NCBI RefSeq assembly: GCF_009914755.1
Contig: NC_060930.1
Direction: 5' to 3' (one strand)
Source of the DNA: the human T2T-CHM13v2.0 reference genome, Homo sapiens
Length of the DNA stretch: 64,000 nucleotides
The notes beneath the pieces were generated by a model. It was not told the DNA's origin, searched no databases, and worked only from the letters and a program-made list of their open reading frames with translations. Every line of letters begins with the position of its first letter. The stretch's first letter is position 1. The position numbers were made by a program, and so were the translations under genes. Shown here piece after piece: positions 52,654 to 64,000 of this stretch.

Positions 52654-55600
52654 GTGAGTAGCCGTCGCATCGTCGCCTCTCGGGCTGGGAATCCACGACC
52701 GGCCCCCCATCCCCGCTGTCGCCTTTGTTCGGAGCCCGGCGTCTCCTCCAGGTTGCCCCGGGTTGCGGTTCCGGTGGGTCCCGGGTGGGAGCGGGCGGGT
52801 TATGGCCCTGTGGCCGGCCGATTGCGGCCGGCTGTGCGGAGGCAGATGCCGGGCCCCTCGGGGCTGCGGGGTGGCGGTTGGCCGCCGGAGGCACCGGCTT
52901 TTGAGTCCCTCCCGAGCCCGGAGCGACGGGGGCGGCGCGGTCCGGCTTCTGCGGCGGCCGGGGGCAGTTTCGGCTTCCGCAGCGGGCCGGGTGGGTGGCA
53001 CAAAAGCCGCTTTGTGACCGCCGCCTCCGCCCTTGGCCCTTTGGTCTGGCGCGACCCGTCCGGGCATGGCAGGCTCCGCGGCGTCCCGGGGCCTCTTTGT
53101 TCGGCCGGAGGAGAGTGGCTGCACTGGGAGCGGGAGACGTGGCCCGGGGTGGGGCGAGGGCTGCGCGTGTCACTGCGGAGCCGGATACGGGGAGGGCGCG
53201 GCGGTGGCGGGTTCGCCTCCAGATCCGGGCGGGCGTGGGGTAGGCCGGACAGCCAGGCACGGGTGGTAACGATCTGGTTCCAGAGCTTCTCGGAGCTCCG
53301 GGGTGGGCGCGGGACAGCCACTGGGTGCAGCTACACTCTTGTGCTCGACGGCCGGGACCCGAGCCTCAGACAAAATGGCCTCGGCGCCCGCGCCTGACTG
53401 AAGGCGCGGCGCGAACCCGTGATTGCGGCGCGGAGAGGGGGCGCAGCGGGCGTGCTCGGGCGCACACAGCCGCGTGCGCGGGGCGGCGGCCCTCTGGGGC
53501 ATTCCGCGAGCTGCACCCCTGCCCGGGCCAGAGTGGGGTTCTGCTAGGTGAGAACTTCGGCCGTCCGCCCCGCCCTCCTCCCAGGCTCCACCTGGTAATT
53601 CGAGCTGTTCCGGATTTATCGCCCCACCTCGGGCTCGTGATAATGGGAACAAGTCTAGTCTTGTCCTTTCTCTGGGCCAGTCGTCGAGAAATGGCCTGGT
53701 TCGGAGCGTCTTGGAAACTGACAGGGCTACTGTTAGTTACACTGACGCGAAGGACTTCCCGTCCGGGCACCAGCATACATTTCCCCTGCCAATTTTGGAA
53801 GGGCCCTGGATGGCGCCTTTTAATCGGGGACTGTTTAGAACTATCCCTGAGCTCTGTGGTGTAATATGTTGTTGCCTCCTGTTGGTTTGTGGCAGCAGTA
53901 GCCAACCAGAGACGGAATTCTGAGGGTTTTTTATCTTCTGTCCGCGGAGCCCCCTACCAGTCCACGAGTATTAAGTTATTTACACTACGATTGGAACTGT
54001 TGACCTGCCCGACATCTAGATCCTGAGGCAGTGCTTCCTGTTACTCAGTCAGTTGAAAACTAGAAAACTAAATCATTCCCAAGAGTGAGCAGCATTTTAC
54101 ACATGCTTTCTTAGGTGCCCTAAGACCTAAATAGATGTGGAACAGACTATACAACGAATTGTTTGTGACAAAGGAGTTACACACATTAATTGGCTTGACT
54201 CTGCAGTATAATAATGATTTAAGCTTCTGCACAGAGATTACTCTTTCCTCCTCTCCCTTCTTGTATATGATTGTGATTATAATGCAACTGATAGGTGGGA
54301 GGGAAAAAAATCCCCATTATGGATAGTTTTTCCTGTGGGTAGGAGATTGGGAATGGAGGAGTGTCTTGGGCGGAACAGAAATCTATCGGTGGCCACCACT
54401 GCTTTAACAGACGAGTCCCCCCATCCACTAGGTGGCTCCACTCAGTAAAAATAACCATTTCAGGAAGGGAATTCTTAATATAGTTCTTTCTCTGCTTCCT
54501 GATGAAAGTGCTTACTTACATGAAGGGATATGGCCAGACTAGGTTGTAGCCGACAGGAGTTTTAGCTATTAAATATGGAAATAGTGGTGTGAAATACTGC
54601 CTCAAATTAGCTTTTAATTGAAAAAAAGGTAATACCTAGAAATTAGAATACTGTGATGAGTCATTATAAAGCTTTTAAAGATCATTGTATGTCATTGGGA
54701 AAGTGTCAGAATACACTTTTTATTCTACGGAGGTTGTATTTAGAATTTGGGGTGAAAGTATAATGAAATTATTTTCAGATTACTACAATCTGTATTCACT
54801 GTAACTGTGATGGCTTTGTAATTTAGACACTTAATTTTTTAACCCAGCTGACCAACTAGGTGAAGTAACCTCTGAGGGCTTGTTTGAACAAACTTGTGAT
54901 AATGAAAGTTACCTTTTTTATGGGACCTTTTGATAAATGATTGTTAATGCTAGTTGTATGTTTTACCAGAAAAGTAGACTGGGTTTTTGACTTGATGTTT
55001 TCTGCAGTAATCATCATAAGAATTATTCTTCAAAATTTAGCAAAGTTCTAGAAACTATAACTAGCATGGGACTATTTAAAGGTGTAAAATGGAAATGGGA
55101 GCAGATCGTTTGAATTTTAATTTTAAGACTTCAAATGCTTAAATTTAAGCATGGAAACTAATGGAACCTTTTGTTAAAACACTTTGGTAATGAGAGTACA
55201 CATGAAGTGCTTGAGGCAGTGACTATGAATTACTGCTCTTGTTAACCTGTTATTAATACTTTCCTTAGTGCCCTCTTTACTCCCGAGTACACAAGTACCT
55301 TATAAACTATTTGGAAGAAGACTGATTATTAACATCAGTGTCTTCCATGTACATATTTTAAAAATATGCTGTGACTATTGGTTTAATGTTTGATATTGGC
55401 ATAAAAATGGTTTAGTTCTTAAGGGGGAACTTAGAGAAAATATAAATACATTCATATTTGTTTATATTTATTGGTTACAGTAGTTACCTTGCTTTTGAGA
55501 CCTGCCACTTCCACCTTCAACATCCCTTTGTCCGCCTTCTCTGAGTTGGATTTCAGTTTTGAGTTGTATATGTGAAATTTTGGTTTTAAAATACAAAAGA

Positions 55601-56466
55601 ACATTATTAAAATTATGAATATTTTCTTTACAGTTATAAATGAGAGTTGTTTCCTTTTTAGATTCATAAGCATACATTCTTATGATATTTCACATAACAA
55701 GTTGATTTTCAGAGACTCATTTTCCTCGTCTTCAGTTTAATGGGAATGATAACAGATTGTTAAGGATAAAGTGAGATTCTAAATATAGGACTTAAATCAG
55801 TCTAAGAAAAGGATATAAAAGCATAAAGTTGGAAAAGAACTTAGATGTTTCAGTTTATGAGTTAAGTAAATTATGCAAGACTAATAACTTCAGAGTTATC
55901 TGGAGTTTGTATTAATGTGTAAAAATGTTTTTGTTAGTTGGAAAAATCAACATAAAGTGTATGTAATTACAATGTAAAGAAAACAACTATCGAAAGGGAT
56001 AATTATTAGAATCATATAATTATATATTATATATAGATAGTATATATACAGAGAATATAACTAGATAGAATATATATGAATATATATATGAATTTCACAA
56101 AAATGTAACAATGGGTTTGGTTTTTTTTTCTGAGGAATCTTGGTAATAGATCATGGATTTCAGTTTAATCTATCTGACTGCTTGTTTTATGCTGATTGAT
56201 TTAATCTGTACTCACCCCTTGAGTTTTGCAATTCAAGTAAAAGTCGATGAAGCGGCTCAGGCCCTGCTTTAGAAAAATAGTTGTGTACTTAAATAGTGTA
56301 AAACCCTAATGTATTTCTTTTGAATTGGAAAATAACTTATTCTCTCTTTCTGTCTTTTTCTTTTAAACAGCAATTCTGTGGTGTTCTTGGTCACACATTT
56401 ATGGAGTTTCTGAAGGGCAGTGGAGATTACTGCCAGGCACAGCACGACCTCTATGCAGACAAGTGA
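52615..56466 (+). CDS. Spliced upstream ORF (uORF2), 44 aa; join(52615..52653,56371..56466): MIRPQSSMSKHIPQFCGVLGHTFMEFLKGSGDYCQAQHDLYADK*
   Basis: 13 codons in exon 1 join in phase 0 to 31 codons plus TGA in exon 2. It corresponds, by recall, to the conserved Mg2+-sensitive uORF described for PRL-1/PRL-2 mRNAs. Confidence 0.88.
53647..53666. promoter_or_regulatory. p53 response element in intron 1
   Basis: GAACAAGTCT AGTCTTGTCC: two RRRCWWGYYY half-sites, zero spacer, 19/20 match. Confidence 0.75.
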
Positions 56467-56815
56467 ACTGTAGAAACTGATTACTGCTCCACCAAGAAGC
56501 CCCCATAAGAGTGGTTATCCTGGACACAGAAGTGTTGAATTGAAATCCACAGAGCATTTTACAAGAGTTCTGACCTGGATGGGGTAAACCTCAGTGCACT
56601 TCTTTTCTGTTGGCCTCAGTATTACTGGATTGAAGAATTGCTGCTTCTTGTTAGGAGGTTCATTTCACTTATCATTACTTACAACTTCATACTCAAAGCA
56701 CTGAGAATTTCAAGTGGAGTATATTGAAGTAGACTTCAGTTTCTTTGCATCATTTCTGTATTCAATTTTTTTAATTATTTCATAACCCTATTGAGTGTTT
56801 TTTAACTAAATTAAC

Positions 56816-60115
<3,300 letters not shown>

Positions 60116-61649
60116 AATTGGGGTGCCTAATGCTACTGGAAGTGGAACTTGAGATAGGGCCTAATTTGTTATACATATTAGCCAACATGTTGGCTTAGTA
60201 AGTCTAATGAAGCTTCCATAGGAGTATTGAAAGGCAGTTTTACCAGGCCTCAAGCTAGACAGATTTGGCAACCTCTGTATTTGGGTTACAGTCAACCTAT
60301 TTGGATACTTGGCAAAAGATTCTTGCTGTCAGCATATAAAATGTGCTTGTCATTTGTATCAATTGACCTTTCCCCAAATCATGCAGTATTGAGTTATGAC
60401 TTGTTAAATCTATTCCCATGCCAGAATCTTATCAATACATAAGAAATTTAGGAAGATTAGGTGCCAAAATACCCAGCACAATACTTGTATATTTTTAGTA
60501 CCATACAGAAGTAAAATCCCAGGAACTATGAACACTAGACCTTATGTGGTTTATTCCTTCAATCATTTCAAACATTGAAAGTAGGGCCTACATGGTTATT
60601 TGCCTGCTCACTTTATGTTTACATCTCCCACATTCATACCAATATACGTCAGGTTTGCTTAACCATTGATTTTTTTTTTTTTTTACCAAGTCTTACAGTG
60701 ATTATTTTACGTGTTTCCATGTATCTCACTTTGTGCTGTATTAAAAAAACCTCCATTTTGAAAATCTACGTTGTACAGAAGCACATGTCTTTAATGTCTT
60801 CAGACAAAAAAGCCTTACATTAATTTAATGTTTGCACTCTGAGGTGCAACTTAACAGGGAGGGCCTGAGAAAAGAATGGGAGGGGGCTATTAATTATTTT
60901 TAGCAAAATGTTGCCTTTGTCTTGTGCAAACATGTAGAATATGCTCTTTAATTTAGTAAAATATTTTTTTAAAAGGTAGAGATGCTTTGTTATTGTAATC
61001 ATAAACTTCCTGAAATTCTTGTAATTTTTTTCCCATACTTATCAGAAGTGTGTTTACCAACTTATTTTTGTTTGAAAGTGTGATTTTTTTTTTCCTTCCC
61101 AACCTCTCTTGCAAAAAAAGAAATGGGTTTCTGCTAATGAATTGAGCAGACATCTAATATTTTATATGCCTTTTGAGCTGTGTAACTTAATATTTGGATA
61201 CTTGACAATTTGTTTTATTATGTAATTGATAAAATGGTGATGTGTATTAATGTTAGTTCAACCATATATTTATACTGTCTGGGGATGTGTGGTTATAGTT
61301 CTGTGGGAGAAATAATTTTGTCAGTGTTCACCAGCTTGTAAAAACTTAGTGCGAGAGCTGAAACATCTAAATAAATAATGACATGCATTTATCATCATTG
61401 AGATTGGTTTGCTTAAAATTAACTTATTTTGTAGAAGACAAAATGAATTGCACTTCACTTAATGTGTGTCCTCATCTTTTTACAAATAAATGAAGGATTA
61501 TAAATGATGTCAGCATTTTAGTAAACTTTTAGACAAAATTTGTTAGGGTCATTCATGAAAACTTTAATACTAAAAGCACTTTCCATTATATACTTTTTAA
61601 AGGTCTAGATAATTTTGAACCAATTTATTATTGTGTACTGAGGAGAAAT

Positions 61650-61795
61650 AATGTATAGTAGAGGACAGCCTTGGTTTGTAAAGCTCAGTTCCACTAGTTC
61701 ATGGTTTTGTGCAACTTCTGAGCCTCAGTTTTCTCCTTTGCAAATTAATAATTACATACCTTTATAGATTTTGAAATTAATTTAAATATTAGTAT
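61650..61795 (+). mobile_element. MIR remnant within the 3' UTR
   Basis: Core-like ACTTCTGAGCCTCAGTTTTCTCCTTTGCAAA...ATACCT. Confidence 0.55.
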
Positions 61796-63506
61796 TTGGT
61801 ACATGAAGGCTTAATGTTAAGTTTCCTTTAATGATCCACAATAATCCCTTTGATCACGTTAATCTAAATCTAGATGTCTTTGTCTAATTTTTTTTGAATA
61901 GCAGTTATAAATGTAAAGGACTCAAAGTTTAAGTAAAAAGTGATACTCCACCTTGTGTTTCAAAGAATTTAGTTCCACCTCTTCATACCAGTTTAACACT
62001 TAATATATTTCATTGGATTTTAGACAGGGCAAAAGGAAGAACAGGGGCCTCTGGAGGCCCTTGGTTATTTAAATCTTGGATTATTTGTGATAGTAATCAC
62101 AAATTTTTGGCTAATTTTTAACCTGAGGTTTTGTTTTTTTTTTAAAGGAAATGCAGCCTAGTCTTGAGAACATAATTTTATATAATCAATTACTAAATGT
62201 TAAACTATTACCACACAGCCCATAAAACAGCATTTGCGTTTATTGAGAGAGAGGATGTGCCATCATGATTAATGAAAACTATCTTTTGAGTTTGAAAAGA
62301 AATTAATTTGCAGTGTTTGGATTGTATATATGGTGCTAAAAATAAATTAATTTACTTTATAAACCTTATCTGTACATTATACGATGTGATGAAATTTGCT
62401 TTTTATCCAAATATTTTGTATCTTGTAAATATGGCTAATTATAGGAATGCCTATAATACATCTTAGATTCCTTATATCTAATAAGAGTTCAAAGAGTTAT
62501 GAGTTGAAGTCTTGAATGCAGGAAACTATCTGATAGTGTTCTAAAATTTGGTTACTTGGGTTTGGATACCCTTAGTGGGATGATGTAAATAGAGGCTAGC
62601 TACCTAGGCTTGTCTATAGCAACCATAATGTTGATGTAAGTAATGCGGTTACTGAATCATAAGAAAATGCCATCTCTTTTTAGTTGAAGGAAAACTCTGG
62701 AAGTAGGTGCCATTGGTCATTCTGCAGTGCACTGCAACCATTGTTTCCCCTAGTGCCCTCTTTTCCCTAGGGCATTGCTCTCCTATTCCCACGCCTTAAC
62801 ACAGCTCTATACCTAGAAGCAGCCAGCCCAGGCATGCAGTCACATTTAATCACATCCCCCTTCTAGAGTGCTTCAAAATGATGTAGTCCCTCAACTTGGC
62901 TAAAGAATCTCAATCTCTTGAAATTTATTTTTTTAATGTCATATTCATCTGGTAAATATCTACTGTTTGCCAGGCATTTAAGAATATGGCAAAGAACATA
63001 AAAGATGGTGTCACCAGATTTTGGTCACCAATGAGTACCCGACCCGTTGCCATGATTAAGAGAGAATGCTTTCTATTGGAGTTTCAGGAAATATAATTTG
63101 AGAATACTTTAAAGGGAAGTGGAAGTATAAGTGAATGATATTTTTCTTTTACATGTAAACAATGAAGTTATTTCAAAGTTAAGTTTTAAACAAAATACAT
63201 GAAGTAGTGTCTGCCATACATGTTAATATTCTACATTCTTGCTTCCTTAAATTAATATGTTTGTGTGTATATATGTGCCTCACACCTGAATTGAAAATTA
63301 AAGACTGGTTTAAAAGTGGTTTAAAAGTGACATTTAATGTTTCTCCATTACGTTTGGGGTAACCAGCCTAAGTGGAATCTTGGAAGGAAAGTAAGGGAAA
63401 AACTTGTATTTGCCTTCAATGAATTAAACCAGTGATATGTGTTAACGTATGAATGAAAGGATTGATGGTGATTTTATAATTATATATATTGCCGCAGTAA
63501 CCAGTT

Positions 63507-63512
63507 AATAAA
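63507..63512 (+). terminator. PTP4A1: Probable distal polyadenylation signal
   Basis: AATAAA, a CA about 15 nt downstream, then T-rich sequence; repeats resume just after. Confidence 0.7.
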
Positions 63513-63717
63513 TTGATAGCTACCATTTATTAATGATTTTATTTTCAGGTAGTTTTTATAATTTGATTCCCTTCCAACAGTCTTGTCCCAATTTTACAGT
63601 AAGGGATTTGAGCCTCCAGATAGGGGACTAGCTAATAAGTGGTAGAAGTCAGGGATTCAGACCTGTGTTTGAGCTGGTCCACTACACCACACAGTTATGT
63701 AAATAAATATGCATGAC

Positions 63718-63900
<183 letters not shown>

Positions 63901-64000
63901 AGGAATTTTGTATTTTTAGGAGAAACCTAGCTGTGACAGAAGGCAAAAAGGGATTTAGAGTGTCTCACGGTGATTAAAAGCTTGACTAAGAAATCATACA

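Larger units (their letters stand above)
52120..53800. promoter_or_regulatory. PTP4A1: CpG island over the PTP4A1 promoter, exon 1 and 5' intron 1
   Basis: Abrupt switch to very high GC content and dense CpG in an otherwise AT-rich, CpG-poor window. Confidence 0.97.
60116..63530 (+). other. PTP4A1: PTP4A1 long AU-rich 3' UTR with tandem poly(A) signals
   Basis: Alu-free, U-rich sequence. AATAAA at 61370, 61485, 62341 and 63507, and ATTAAA at 60740. The end is inferred from the distal hexamer followed by a U-rich tract. Confidence 0.8.

Noticed and set aside
52059-53905. Many overlapping 70-298 aa ORFs on both strands, including 52501..53397
   Set aside because: They reflect stop-codon scarcity in a CpG island and encode low-complexity Arg/Gly/Pro/Ala products. 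The 298-aa frame is the uORF2 frame read through the exon 1 donor from a non-ATG start.

Overview
This is human (primate) genomic DNA, recognisable as the PTP4A1/PRL-1 locus (6q12). The right quarter holds the complete PTP4A1 gene on the + strand. It has a TATA/CpG-island promoter at about 52.3 kb, a non-coding exon 1, five coding exons giving the 173-aa prenylated phosphatase, and a 3' UTR of about 3.4 kb. The ORF track misses this protein because its exons are short. The left 50 kb is repeat-dense (about 45 Alus, L1 fragments, a near-full-length Tigger1 with a nested LTR, MER30, LTR33) and contains a full-length RPL7A processed pseudogene. Three signals stand out. (1) The 5' leader is layered: a polyproline uORF overlaps the start of a 44-aa uORF split across exons 1 and 2, which matches the described Mg2+-sensitive PRL uORF. 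(2) An orphan promoter plus first-exon unit at about 30.2-30.4 kb combines a DUX4-consensus site, homeodomain motifs, a TATA box, a 47-bp tandem duplication, an ATG-free exon and a strong donor. It could supply an early-embryonic PTP4A1 leader that bypasses the exon-1 uORF starts; this is a hypothesis. (3) Further candidate upstream or alternative exons and several fold-back or templated-insertion scars lie inside Alus. Repeat family calls come from recognition of consensus sequence, not from a search, and their boundaries are approximate.
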